Source of the DNA: an uncultured Rikenellaceae bacterium
GTDB lineage: Bacteria; Bacteroidota; Bacteroidia; Bacteroidales; VadinHA17
NCBI GenBank assembly: GCA_964633505.1
Contig: CAZWHC010000010.1
Span: 72,458-136,457, forward strand
DNA: 64,000 nt
Direction: 5' to 3'
Shown piece after piece: positions 18,600 to 27,809 of the stretch. Every line of letters begins with the position of its first letter. Positions within the stretch are counted from its first letter, which is position 1. The notes under the pieces are model-generated. The model saw only the letters and a list, made by a program, of their open reading frames with translations, was not told the origin of the DNA and did not search any database. Position numbers and translations under genes: made by a program.

Positions 18600-19678
18600 T
18601 TTACATTTAGTTTATACCAAAGGACGGCATTTTCATTATATATCTTGTTAATGACTTCCTTGGGGAGCTTAAGTCCTGTGAAGTCAGCCCTGAATTTATC
18701 CGAAGTCATTTTCTCATCTGTGGCAAAGTATTTCCAGTCATCCAACCAGGTTTCGTGCATCCTCTTTTTAAATTCTTCAGGATCGGATCCTCCCGAGTCT
18801 CCTGTATCTGTTCCATATAATAGCCTGTCCTGGTATTTGATACAAAAGTCCCTGACTCTTTTCCTGTCAGTTGCAGACTGATATTGCAGATGGCATATCC
18901 TTGCCGACATATCGACTGCCATATTTGGAAACCTGTCGAGCCGTAAGGCAAGCGAATCAACATTCCATTCAAGACTGCCGAGATGACATCCTATAAAGGT
19001 AAGGTCAGGGTGTAAGGCAAGCATATTATCCCTGGCGTCGATCTGATCTTCATACGAAGGATATTCGGGATGAAGGAACATATGGTACTGAGGATTTTCG
19101 GCAAAATAGTTGCTGTCGCTGGTAACCGTCATCTGGTCGAGAGGCAGCCAGCAGTTCCTGGGCTCTCCAAGATGTCCTGTAACAGGAATTCCCCTGTCTT
19201 TAATATAGTCATAAACCGGATCGAGCGCCGGGTTATCAGCCATAATGAACTTCCCTGATCTGTCGCGGACAGTCATACCAATGTTTTTCCATATCTTCAC
19301 TGTGATACCTCCCTGGCTGAGATAATTATCGAGAGAGGAGATTACCCTGCTGCTCCATCCGGGAGTTTCCCAGCCTGTGGTGTCGAAATAAAAAGTAGGG
19401 CCGTAGAAGACTCTTCCCGGAAATTTTTGAGAGGATAATACAGCATTCTCCTGCTGACGGCCGACACTTGCTGAATCACCATGATCAACGCCAAGTGTGA
19501 TCAGTGCAAAATTGTCGGCCATCGCTGCTTCTTCAAAATATCCCTTATCGCTGTTAATATGAACATGAGAATCAATCTTCAGGATCGAAGGATAATCGTT
19601 TTCAGAATAATACCTGCTGCTGCATCCTGATAAGACAGAAAGCAGCAGCAGGTTCATAATCCGCAACTTCATGGTCAT
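18596..19678 (-). CDS. amidohydrolase-family metal-dependent hydrolase, lipoprotein
   Basis: 360 aa. It has a lipobox (LLSVLSGC) and an HxH metal motif (IDSHVHINSD). It looks like an Amidohydro_2 TIM barrel. Confidence 0.6.
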   Translation of the reverse strand: MTMKLRIMNLLLLSVLSGCSSRYYSENDYPSILKIDSHVHINSDKGYFEEAAMADNFALITLGVDHGDSASVGRQQENAVLSSQKFPGRVFYGPTFYFDTTGWETPGWSSRVISSLDNYLSQGGITVKIWKNIGMTVRDRSGKFIMADNPALDPVYDYIKDRGIPVTGHLGEPRNCWLPLDQMTVTSDSNYFAENPQYHMFLHPEYPSYEDQIDARDNMLALHPDLTFIGCHLGSLEWNVDSLALRLDRFPNMAVDMSARICHLQYQSATDRKRVRDFCIKYQDRLLYGTDTGDSGGSDPEEFKKRMHETWLDDWKYFATDEKMTSDKFRADFTGLKLPKEVINKIYNENAVLWYKLNVK

Positions 19679-19689
19679 GGTCAGCCTTT

Positions 19690-20565
19690 TTAAAGAGGCA
19701 TCTTTACATATTCGGCTGCGTTAAGGAAGTCAATGCTCTTCTGGCAGCTTGTATATACATCAAAATTGTATCTTTCAACTTCCACAACTCCGTATTTCAT
19801 ACCTGATATTTCAGCTCCTGCCCAGATGGAAGCAAAATCCATCATACCGCTTGCTCCAATTTCCTCTTTGTCCTTGATATGCCATAATTCAAATCTGCCC
19901 GGATATTTATTGAAATAATCGACAGGATTTGCTCCTCCGACAACTGCCCAGTAGAGGTCGATCTCAAACATAACCTTTGCAGGATCTGTATTCTCGAGCA
20001 TGAAATTATAAATTGTCTGTCCGTCAAGCTGTGTTGAGAATTCCTTGTCGTGGTTATGGTAACCGAAGCGAATACCGGCAGCATTACATTTTTCGCCTAC
20101 CAGATTGAAATAGTCACAGTATCTCTTAAGAGTATCGAGACTCCTGTATGCTTCACCTCCCATGAAAGGCTGAACCAGGAATTTGCATCCTGCTGCTTTA
20201 TGCGAAGCAATACATACATCCCACCATGCCATAACCTTGTCCCAGTTTGCAGAATCAGGCAGCGCCTGTCCGGTATGAGAACTGATTACCGGCAACCCGT
20301 TTTTTTCGCACAAATCTTTGAAAGCAGAAGGATCCATTCCATAGAATTTGCCATCACCGTAACCGGCAGGTTCAACAAAAGTGTAACCCATTTTGGCAAC
20401 TTTGGCAACAGCGCCCGGAACATCCCTCATGATTGAGTCGCGGATCGAATAAAGCTGCAGACCGATGTTCTTGCGCGGAGCTTTCGTGCACGATTCAAAA
20501 GTTGTGATTAATAAACTGCTGACAAGCAGTAACATGATTGCTGAGAAAATTGTTCTTTTTTTCAT
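19690..20565 (-). CDS. sugar phosphate isomerase/epimerase (xylose-isomerase-like TIM barrel), lipoprotein
   Basis: 291 aa. It has a lipobox (ITTFESC), and IGLQLYSIRD...GYTFVEPAGY is typical of the family. Confidence 0.7.
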   Translation of the reverse strand: MKKRTIFSAIMLLLVSSLLITTFESCTKAPRKNIGLQLYSIRDSIMRDVPGAVAKVAKMGYTFVEPAGYGDGKFYGMDPSAFKDLCEKNGLPVISSHTGQALPDSANWDKVMAWWDVCIASHKAAGCKFLVQPFMGGEAYRSLDTLKRYCDYFNLVGEKCNAAGIRFGYHNHDKEFSTQLDGQTIYNFMLENTDPAKVMFEIDLYWAVVGGANPVDYFNKYPGRFELWHIKDKEEIGASGMMDFASIWAGAEISGMKYGVVEVERYNFDVYTSCQKSIDFLNAAEYVKMPL

Positions 20566-20665
20566 CTTAAAGGTTTTGAATATTAATATTTGAAGTCAAG
20601 TTATTTCAGGTTTAAGTGAATGCTTTAAGCATTATCAGTTGTAAAAATAGAAATTTTTACTGTTG

Positions 20666-22072
20666 TTATCGCAACGAATCCAAAACTTCCCTGACAGTCT
20701 TTTCTCCTCTGACGGCTCCTGAAGGAAGAATTCCCTTTTTGCCGAAAACAAGAAGTGCATCATATTTTTCAATTGTTACCCCCGACTCATTAAAATTACC
20801 CGATTTATCTCTGACGGCTTTTGAATCAAGCCCGAGATGACGAGCCATGAAACCGTACATTGCAAATCTTTTGGAAGGTCCGTAGTCGTGCCCCTCCGAT
20901 TTCAGATGCACGTTTCCGACATTTGCTGTGCTGCCATAAAGGGCGTATACTTTTTTAATATAAGGAAATTCTATTTCAGGAACATTCTGGGTCCAGTCGC
21001 TGCCATCTGATATAACAAGCATGGGACGTGGCGAAGCCATTGCAGCAATTTCTGCGTTATTTGTGCCCGCCTCGGTGCACGAATGAACAGGCAATCCGCT
21101 TTCACAGGGGCATCCGCCAAAAAAATAAGAAGATACCATTACAACAGGAACGCTGACTGTTATCCTGTCATCGATTGCAGTGGCAAGGAAGGTCTGGGTG
21201 CCTCCCCCCGATTCTCCAGTAATTCCAATTCTGCCTTTGTCGACATAAGGGAGTGATGTCAGAAAATCGATAACCCTCACCGAGTTTAAGGTCTGCATTG
21301 TTAGGGCAAGCCCTGTCCTGTGAAGGTCGCTGTCGAACTGAAGGCGCGATTCGCCCCACGCAAACATTTCATAGCTAAAAACAACTGCTCCCATTTTTGC
21401 AAGCATAGCGCACCTGTATTGCTGCTCAGGCCTGTAACGTCCATAAAGATTAGTGTCGGCGGTGTTGAAATGCCCATGAGGAGAAAGAACAGCAGGGAAA
21501 GGGCCCTTCCCCTTCGATGGCCTGTAAAGCGATCCGCAGAGATATACCCCGGGTATTGTTTCAATTGCAACATTTTCGACAGTGTAGCCATTCATTTTCC
21601 TTTTCGGGGTATAGATAGGATTCAATGGAGTCTTCTTTGGGAATGGCGACAGGTTCAATTGTTTAAGGAAGCATTTTCTCAATTCCTCTTTCCTTGCTTC
21701 CCATGCGTCTTTATCCCTGTAAAGCGATAAAAGGAGGTCAAGGTGCTTCTTACCCTCCTCAACGGGCCTTACATGATATGCGTACTTTGAAATCTGATAG
21801 GTATTTTCATCCTGCTTTGAGTACACCATATCGAGCGGAAGCAGGATATTTGTCAGAGTTTCTTCAGTGTCAACCCTGTACCGCCATGTTGGATACATTA
21901 CTTCCACCCCCTTAACCAGATTCTCACTGTATAAAATTTTTATGCCATGCCTCTTTTCTATCTCACCCAGAACTTCCTTAAGCGGCTTCCTATAAACCTG
22001 CTCAGGAGTTTGGGAAATTAATAAAGGCAATGCCAGAAATGCAATTATCAGGATTGTAAGTATTTTTTTCAT
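20666..22072 (-). CDS. secreted alpha/beta-hydrolase (acetyl-xylan-esterase-like)
   Basis: 468 aa with a Sec signal and a nucleophile elbow GITGESGGG. It is the first gene of the minus-strand block. Confidence 0.65.
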   Translation of the reverse strand: MKKILTILIIAFLALPLLISQTPEQVYRKPLKEVLGEIEKRHGIKILYSENLVKGVEVMYPTWRYRVDTEETLTNILLPLDMVYSKQDENTYQISKYAYHVRPVEEGKKHLDLLLSLYRDKDAWEARKEELRKCFLKQLNLSPFPKKTPLNPIYTPKRKMNGYTVENVAIETIPGVYLCGSLYRPSKGKGPFPAVLSPHGHFNTADTNLYGRYRPEQQYRCAMLAKMGAVVFSYEMFAWGESRLQFDSDLHRTGLALTMQTLNSVRVIDFLTSLPYVDKGRIGITGESGGGTQTFLATAIDDRITVSVPVVMVSSYFFGGCPCESGLPVHSCTEAGTNNAEIAAMASPRPMLVISDGSDWTQNVPEIEFPYIKKVYALYGSTANVGNVHLKSEGHDYGPSKRFAMYGFMARHLGLDSKAVRDKSGNFNESGVTIEKYDALLVFGKKGILPSGAVRGEKTVREVLDSLR

Positions 22073-22210
22073 AAGAATCGATATTTTTTAGAGACCAACA
22101 GAACCAGCTTAAAATTAATAAAATTCATGAATATGAATATTTATATAATTTGCATAGATGCAATCTTTGGATTATTTTTAATCGCATCGTAAAAACAAAA
22201 AAACTATATC

Positions 22211-23203
22211 ATGATAAAGAGAATCTTATCCCTTGCAATCCTTTTGCTAAATGTTATGTGCATCTCTGCGCAAAAGCTCCCGACAGGCAATCCGGCTGAT
22301 TTTAAGGTGAAGACCTGTCTTCATTCGGTGAGTTATATGGGTGTATGGAGAGGACAGGCAACCCTGACTGTCGACGAGTTTCTTCTTAAAGCAAAAGCGC
22401 TTGGATTTGACGGAGTGATGCTTGCAGCAAAGCGTCCTCATGTATCGCTTATCGATTATGATGATGCTGCCCGGCAGAAGCTGAGAGCAAGACTTAAGGA
22501 ACTGGGGCTCGAGCTTGTATGTCTTGCCGGTTATTGCGATTTTACTGCGGGAGTAGATAAGGCAGGCATCCCAAATACCGAAATACAGGCAATATATATA
22601 GGTGAACTCGCCAAACTGGCAAAAGATCTTGGAACAAATATGGTAAGGATATATACCGGTTATGAAAGGCCCGATGTTCCCTATGACAAACAATATTCAC
22701 TTGTTGTTGAGGGACTGCAGATGGCCGGGAAACTGGCAGCCCGCTATGGCGTCACTCTGGCGGTACAGAATCATCACGACATAGCCCTGCATCATGACGC
22801 AATGAAATGGCTTCTCGACGAGGTCAATCTCACAAATGTTAAGGCTGCATTTGACTGCTGGTCGCCAACACTCGAAGGATTATCGCCCGAGGAAATCAAA
22901 CAGGCTGTTTATACAATGAAACCATATATTGTGCATACCACCACTGCCGATTATAAGGAACTCCCCCGGTATATATATGATCTTAACCATACCAATTATT
23001 CACGGAAAGAATCGCAGATGAGGGCAGTGCCAATAGGAGAAGGTTTCCTTGATTATAAAAACTTCATAAATGCCCTCAGGGAGATTGGTTACCAGGGATA
23101 TATTGCTTATGAAATGTGCGAAGTGCTCGAGGGAGGAGGTTCAATCGATAACCTCGACAGAAGCGCAAAAGCTTTTCTCGAATATGTGAAGCAGTTCAGA
23201 TGA
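22211..23203 (+). CDS. sugar phosphate isomerase/epimerase (xylose-isomerase-like TIM barrel), secreted
   Basis: 330 aa with a Sec signal (LLLNVMCISAQ). It has family-like segments (GFDGVMLAAKRPH, VRIYTGY, LAVQNHHD, IAYEMCE). It is divergent from the 11-gene block. Confidence 0.7.
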   Translation: MIKRILSLAILLLNVMCISAQKLPTGNPADFKVKTCLHSVSYMGVWRGQATLTVDEFLLKAKALGFDGVMLAAKRPHVSLIDYDDAARQKLRARLKELGLELVCLAGYCDFTAGVDKAGIPNTEIQAIYIGELAKLAKDLGTNMVRIYTGYERPDVPYDKQYSLVVEGLQMAGKLAARYGVTLAVQNHHDIALHHDAMKWLLDEVNLTNVKAAFDCWSPTLEGLSPEEIKQAVYTMKPYIVHTTTADYKELPRYIYDLNHTNYSRKESQMRAVPIGEGFLDYKNFINALREIGYQGYIAYEMCEVLEGGGSIDNLDRSAKAFLEYVKQFR

Positions 23204-23280
23204 AAAACAGCAAAATTTATGATATCTGTTATAAATCGAAGAAAAAATCAGCTTTTTATTTGATATATTAAAAATTCGCA

Positions 23281-23288
23281 TACCTTTG
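23281..23288 (+). promoter_or_regulatory. Bacteroidota -7 promoter box TACCTTTG (TAnnTTTG)
   Basis: Exact match to the TAnnTTTG consensus, 23 nt upstream of the leader ORF start. Confidence 0.5.
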
Positions 23289-23310
23289 TCGCTCGATTTG
23301 AAACAAAAAA

Positions 23311-23370
23311 GTGTTTAAAAGTTTAATCCATATTATTGTCCTCGTCCTTATTATTGCCTATGGCAAATGA
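23311..23370 (+). CDS. ilv/leu operon leader peptide, 19 aa (M)FKSLIHIIVLVLIIAYGK
   Basis: GTG-initiated mini-ORF. Ten of its 19 codons are Ile/Leu/Val (5 I, 3 L, 2 V). It sits between a -7 box and an intrinsic terminator, directly upstream of ilvD. Confidence 0.7.
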   Translation: MFKSLIHIIVLVLIIAYGK

Positions 23371-23401
23371 TCCGGGAGGAATATGGTGTAATATATACTA
23401 A

Positions 23402-23439
23402 GAAAGCTTTCCGGATCAGCCGGAAAGCTTTTTTTTTTA
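23402..23439 (+). terminator. ilv/leu attenuator terminator
   Basis: AAGCTTTCCGG-atcag-CCGGAAAGCTT forms an 11-bp perfect stem followed by a run of 8+ T. The alternative pairing 23368-23379 (TGATCCGGGAGG, which includes the leader stop codon) with 23407-23418 (CTTTCCGGATCA) gives 12 bp including 2 G-U. Confidence 0.8.
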
Positions 23440-23452
23440 ACAAATTATTGAG

Positions 23453-25279
23453 ATGAAGAATCAGCTCAGGAGCACCAGAACGGTAACCGGCAGGAACATG
23501 GCCGGAGCAAGAAGCCTGTGGAGGGCCAACGGAATGAAGGATGATCAGTTTGGCAAACCCGTGATAGCAATAGTCAATTCCTTTTCACAGTTTGTCCCGG
23601 GACACGTTCATTTGCATAATATCGGGCAGTTAATAAAAAAGGAGATCGAAAAGCAGGGCTATTTTGCGGCCGAGTTCAACACAATTGCAATTGACGACGG
23701 AATTGCCATGGGTCACGACGGGATGCTTTATTCGCTTCCTTCGCGCGAGCTTATTGCCGACAGCGTGGAATATGTCTGCAACGCACATCTGGCCGATGCC
23801 ATGATCTGCATCAGCAATTGTGATAAAATCACTCCGGGGATGCTCATGGCGGCCATGAGGCTGAACATTCCGGCTGTATTTGTTTCAGGAGGACCCATGG
23901 AAGCAGGCCTTTACCGTGGCGCAGGCATCGACCTTATAGATACAATGGTGGCTGCAGCTGATGACTCTGTTACCGATGATTCCCTCGGTGCGATGGAGAG
24001 AAATGCCTGTCCTACATGCGGATCGTGCTCGGGTATGTTCACTGCAAATTCAATGAACTGCCTTACAGAAGCTCTCGGCCTGGCTCTACCGGGAAACGGG
24101 ACGCTCATTGCAACGCATTCAAACCGCATGAAGCTTTTTGAAAAAGCAGCAGCTCTGATTACTGAAAATACAAGAAAATACTATTATGAAGGGGATGAAA
24201 GTGTATTACCCCGATCAATCGCATCGAGGCAGGCATTCATAAATGCAATGTCGCTCGATATTGCAATGGGAGGATCAACTAACACAGTTCTCCATCTTCT
24301 TGCAATTGCCCATGAAGCCCGGGTTGACTTCTCAATGAAGGATATTGATATGCTTTCCAGAAAGATCCCCAACATCTGCAAGGTTTCGCCGAGTTCCAAA
24401 TATCATATTCAGGACGTGAACCGGGCAGGAGGCATTATGTCGATAATGGGCGAACTCGAACGAAGCAACCTCATCGACACATCCGTAAGACGAATCGATT
24501 ACAGTACCCTGAGTGAGGCAATCGGATCGTGGGACATACTAAGCGCTAATGTCAGCGCCGAAGCTGTTGAATTATACAGGAGCGCTCCGGGACTGAAAAG
24601 GAATCTTGAGCTGGGATCGCAGGACAACCATTATGAAATGACAGATACCGACAGGGAGGCAGGATGCATAAGGAGTACCGGGAATGCATATAACAAAGAC
24701 GGAGGCCTGGCTGTGCTGTACGGTAATATTGCAAGAAATGGCTGCATTTTAAAAACAGCAGGAATCGACCCATCGCTTTTCAGTTTCAGGGGTCCGGCAG
24801 TAATATTCGAATCGCAGGAAGAAGCTGTCGACGGCATACTCAACGGGTCAGTAAAGGCAGGCGACGCTGTGGTTATAAGATACGAAGGTCCCAAAGGCGG
24901 ACCCGGAATGCAGGAAATGCTTTACCCTACCTCCTATCTTAAATCGAAACAGCTCGATAAAAAATGTGCACTCATAACCGACGGGAGATTCTCCGGGGGC
25001 ACATCCGGACTATCCCTAGGGCATGTTTCTCCGGAAGCAGCTTCTGAAGGTGAAATTGCAGTTCTCAGAACCGGAGATATTATCGAAATTGATGTCACGG
25101 GCAGAAAAATAAATGTTTTGCTTTCCGATGAAGAATTGTCAGAAAGGTTTAATGAAGAAAGGTCAAAAGGCATAAAGGCTTTCAAACCGTCTGAAAGGAA
25201 TCGTAACATTCCCCCGTCGCTCAAAGCTTATGCTCAGCTGGTAAGCTCTGCCGACAAGGGAGCCGTAAGAATTATTTGA
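23453..25279 (+). CDS. ilvD: dihydroxy-acid dehydratase
   Basis: 608 aa with canonical IlvD motifs ([29 protein letters not shown]). Confidence 0.95.
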   Translation: MKNQLRSTRTVTGRNMAGARSLWRANGMKDDQFGKPVIAIVNSFSQFVPGHVHLHNIGQLIKKEIEKQGYFAAEFNTIAIDDGIAMGHDGMLYSLPSRELIADSVEYVCNAHLADAMICISNCDKITPGMLMAAMRLNIPAVFVSGGPMEAGLYRGAGIDLIDTMVAAADDSVTDDSLGAMERNACPTCGSCSGMFTANSMNCLTEALGLALPGNGTLIATHSNRMKLFEKAAALITENTRKYYYEGDESVLPRSIASRQAFINAMSLDIAMGGSTNTVLHLLAIAHEARVDFSMKDIDMLSRKIPNICKVSPSSKYHIQDVNRAGGIMSIMGELERSNLIDTSVRRIDYSTLSEAIGSWDILSANVSAEAVELYRSAPGLKRNLELGSQDNHYEMTDTDREAGCIRSTGNAYNKDGGLAVLYGNIARNGCILKTAGIDPSLFSFRGPAVIFESQEEAVDGILNGSVKAGDAVVIRYEGPKGGPGMQEMLYPTSYLKSKQLDKKCALITDGRFSGGTSGLSLGHVSPEAASEGEIAVLRTGDIIEIDVTGRKINVLLSDEELSERFNEERSKGIKAFKPSERNRNIPPSLKAYAQLVSSADKGAVRII

Positions 25280-25310
25280 ACTGAAATCTGAACTGAGTTA
25301 ATGTAATACG

Positions 25311-25352
25311 CAACCAGCAATTAGCAACCAGCAACAAGCAACAAGCAACCGT
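25311..25352 (+). repeat. CAACCAG-family heptamer tract (about 6 units: CAACCAG CAATTAG CAACCAG CAACAAG CAACAAG CAACCGT)
   Basis: Read directly. It lies in the ilvD-ilvB spacer, about 28 nt before the ilvB start. Confidence 0.9.
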
Positions 25353-25378
25353 AAACAATAAATTAAACAAGCAATCCT

Positions 25379-27124
25379 ATGATGACTGACAACGAAATGA
25401 TGCAGGTTAACGAGCAGATAAGCAATGGTGAGCATATAACCGGAGCCGAAGCACTATTAAGATGCCTTATCGAGGAGGGTGTTGATACTATCTTCGGTTA
25501 TCCGGGAGGAGCCATCATGCCTGTTTATGACAAACTGCTGGATTATCAGGATAAGATCAGGCACATCCTGACGCGTCATGAGCAGGGAGCTGCCCATGCC
25601 GCCCAGGCTTATTCAATGGTCACAGGCAAGCCCGGCGTTTGTTTTGCCACATCCGGACCCGGGGCCACAAACCTTGTTACAGGGATTGCAAACGCCTATC
25701 TCGACTCGGTACCTGTGGTTTTTATAACAGCACAGGTAGTTTCGACGCTTATCGGGTCGGATGCTTTCCAGGAAACCGACATCCTGGGCGTGTCGATGCC
25801 CGTTGTAAAATGGAACGCACAGGTGAAAAAGCCGCAGGACATACCTGAGACCATTGCAAAGGCATTTTATATTGCAGCAACAGGCAGGCCCGGACCAGTG
25901 CTTATCGACATAACAAAGGACGCTCAATATGAAAAGCTAAACTTCAAATACAGGAAATGCAACTACCTGAGGAGCTATAATCCCCATATCCCGCTACACA
26001 GGAGAGAGATAGAATCGGCCGCAATAATGATAAATCATGCGGAGAAGCCTCTTATACTGGCAGGCCACGGAATCATTATCTCAGGAGCGGAAAAGGAACT
26101 ACTTCAGTTTGCAGAGAAGACAGGCATACCCGTAGCCATGACACTTCTCGGGCTGTCGGCATTTCCTTCGAACCACCGCCTGTATGCCGGCTTTCTCGGG
26201 ATGCATGGCAACTATTCGGCCAACACCCTTACAAATGAGGCGGATCTGATTATTGCGATTGGAATGCGTTTCGACGACCGTGTAACCGGCAACCTTAAGA
26301 AATATGCAAAAAACGCCAGGATCATACATATAGAAATAGACGAAGCGGAAATAAATAAAAATGTTATAGTTGATATCGAAATAAATAACGACGCCAGGGA
26401 AGTACTGACCGAACTCATACCCATGGTTGAAAAGAAAAGCTATGAATACTGGATAAGGGAATTCAGGATCCGTGATAAAGTTGAATATGACAGGGTAATA
26501 AAACCTGAAACCAGGCCTTCCAGCGGAAAAATTAAAATGGGAGAAGTTATAAGGATGATATCCGACCTCACAAAAGGGGATGCAATTATTGTAACGGATG
26601 TAGGCCAGAATCAGATGGCAGTAGCCCGGTATTATGAGTTCACTGTTCCGGGAAGCCTTGTCACCTCCGGAGGTATGGGTACTATGGGATTCGGTTTGCC
26701 TGCTGCGGTCGGGTCAAAGATAGGAAGACCTGAAAAACAAGTAGTTGCATTTCTTGGTGACGGAGGTTTTCAGATGACTATACAGGAGCTCGGCACTATC
26801 CTTCAGTACAAGATTCCTGTTAAGCTTATAATTCTGAATAACAGTTTCCTTGGAATGGTCCGCCAGTGGCAGGATATGTTCTTTTCAAAGAGATATGCTT
26901 CCACTGCTCTGGTAAATCCCGATTTTGTAACAATAGCCTTAGGATACGATATCCCCGCAAAAAGTGTTTCGGACAGGAAGAATCTCAATGATTCACTCTC
27001 TGAGATGCTTAATGCCGAAGGACCTTACCTGCTGGAAATCAATATTGACAAGGAGGCAAATGTTCTTCCAATGGTTGAACCGGGAGCATCGGTATCGGAA
27101 GTAACTTTGACCTATAAAAGATAA
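25379..27124 (+). CDS. ilvB: acetolactate synthase (acetohydroxy-acid synthase) large subunit
   Basis: 581 aa. It is a ThDP enzyme with signatures [12 protein letters not shown] and [12 protein letters not shown]-like [12 protein letters not shown]...GDGGFQM. Confidence 0.9.
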   Translation: MMTDNEMMQVNEQISNGEHITGAEALLRCLIEEGVDTIFGYPGGAIMPVYDKLLDYQDKIRHILTRHEQGAAHAAQAYSMVTGKPGVCFATSGPGATNLVTGIANAYLDSVPVVFITAQVVSTLIGSDAFQETDILGVSMPVVKWNAQVKKPQDIPETIAKAFYIAATGRPGPVLIDITKDAQYEKLNFKYRKCNYLRSYNPHIPLHRREIESAAIMINHAEKPLILAGHGIIISGAEKELLQFAEKTGIPVAMTLLGLSAFPSNHRLYAGFLGMHGNYSANTLTNEADLIIAIGMRFDDRVTGNLKKYAKNARIIHIEIDEAEINKNVIVDIEINNDAREVLTELIPMVEKKSYEYWIREFRIRDKVEYDRVIKPETRPSSGKIKMGEVIRMISDLTKGDAIIVTDVGQNQMAVARYYEFTVPGSLVTSGGMGTMGFGLPAAVGSKIGRPEKQVVAFLGDGGFQMTIQELGTILQYKIPVKLIILNNSFLGMVRQWQDMFFSKRYASTALVNPDFVTIALGYDIPAKSVSDRKNLNDSLSEMLNAEGPYLLEINIDKEANVLPMVEPGASVSEVTLTYKR

Positions 27125-27137
27125 AACGGCCTCTGAA

Positions 27138-27185
27138 AAGAACTTACACAGAGGGCACAGAGAAGAGCAGAGAACACGGAGGAGA
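27138..27185 (+). repeat. CACAGAG-type dispersed repeat module (AAGAACTTACACAGAG GGCACAGAG AAGAGCAGAG AACACGGAGGAG)
   Basis: The 16-mer AAGAACTTACACAGAG recurs (15/16 identical, inverted) at 49878-49893. It lies in the ilvB-ilvN spacer. Confidence 0.75.
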
Positions 27186-27217
27186 TTACAGACAATTGCA
27201 GTAAAAACAATTTTGAA

Positions 27218-27778
27218 ATGAAACAGGAATATACAATTTCACTTTTTACTGAGGATCACATAGGAATCCTCAGCCAGATTACAATAATTCTGACCCGAAG
27301 GCAAATTAACATTGAAAGTATTACAGCCTCGGAATCAGCAGTCAGGGGCGTTCAGATGCTTACCCTTGTTGTAAGGACTACCGCCGAAATGGTACAGAAA
27401 GTCGCAAGGCAGATGCAGAAGCTTGTCGATGTCCTTAAGGTATTCGTACACACCTCCGACGAAATTATATACCAGGAGATTGCCCTGTTCAAGGTTAAGA
27501 CAAAAGGCCTCATGTCGGGCGATATAATTGACCGCATCGTCCGTACCCATTACGCCAGGATACTTGAAGTATCTCCCGAATTTATGGTAATTGAGAAAAC
27601 AGGTCACAAAACTGAGATCAACAACCTCCTTCATGAACTTGAACCTGTCGGGCTGCTCCAGTTTGTAAGATCAGGGAGAGTTGCTATCACAAAACAGGTT
27701 AAGGAGCTGTATTCATACCTCGAGGAGATGGATGAAGCACACCCTTATAAACCTGATAAGATTGAAACTTTTAATTAA
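27218..27778 (+). CDS. ilvN: acetolactate synthase small (regulatory) subunit
   Basis: 186 aa. It has an ACT-domain N-terminus (ISLFTEDHIGILSQITIILTRRQINIESI) and sits after ilvB. Confidence 0.85.
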   Translation: MKQEYTISLFTEDHIGILSQITIILTRRQINIESITASESAVRGVQMLTLVVRTTAEMVQKVARQMQKLVDVLKVFVHTSDEIIYQEIALFKVKTKGLMSGDIIDRIVRTHYARILEVSPEFMVIEKTGHKTEINNLLHELEPVGLLQFVRSGRVAITKQVKELYSYLEEMDEAHPYKPDKIETFN

Positions 27779-27809
27779 CATTATTTAATCACATATAAAT
27801 TAAAACACC

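Noticed and set aside
23204-23452. Riboswitch or T-box upstream of the amino-acid operons (also 35079-35304, 42546-42913, 48245-48457)
   Set aside because: The regions between the -7 box and the terminator are only about 120-160 nt and are fully accounted for by leader ORF plus two alternative helices. I saw no T-box specifier/T-loop features or known riboswitch cores.
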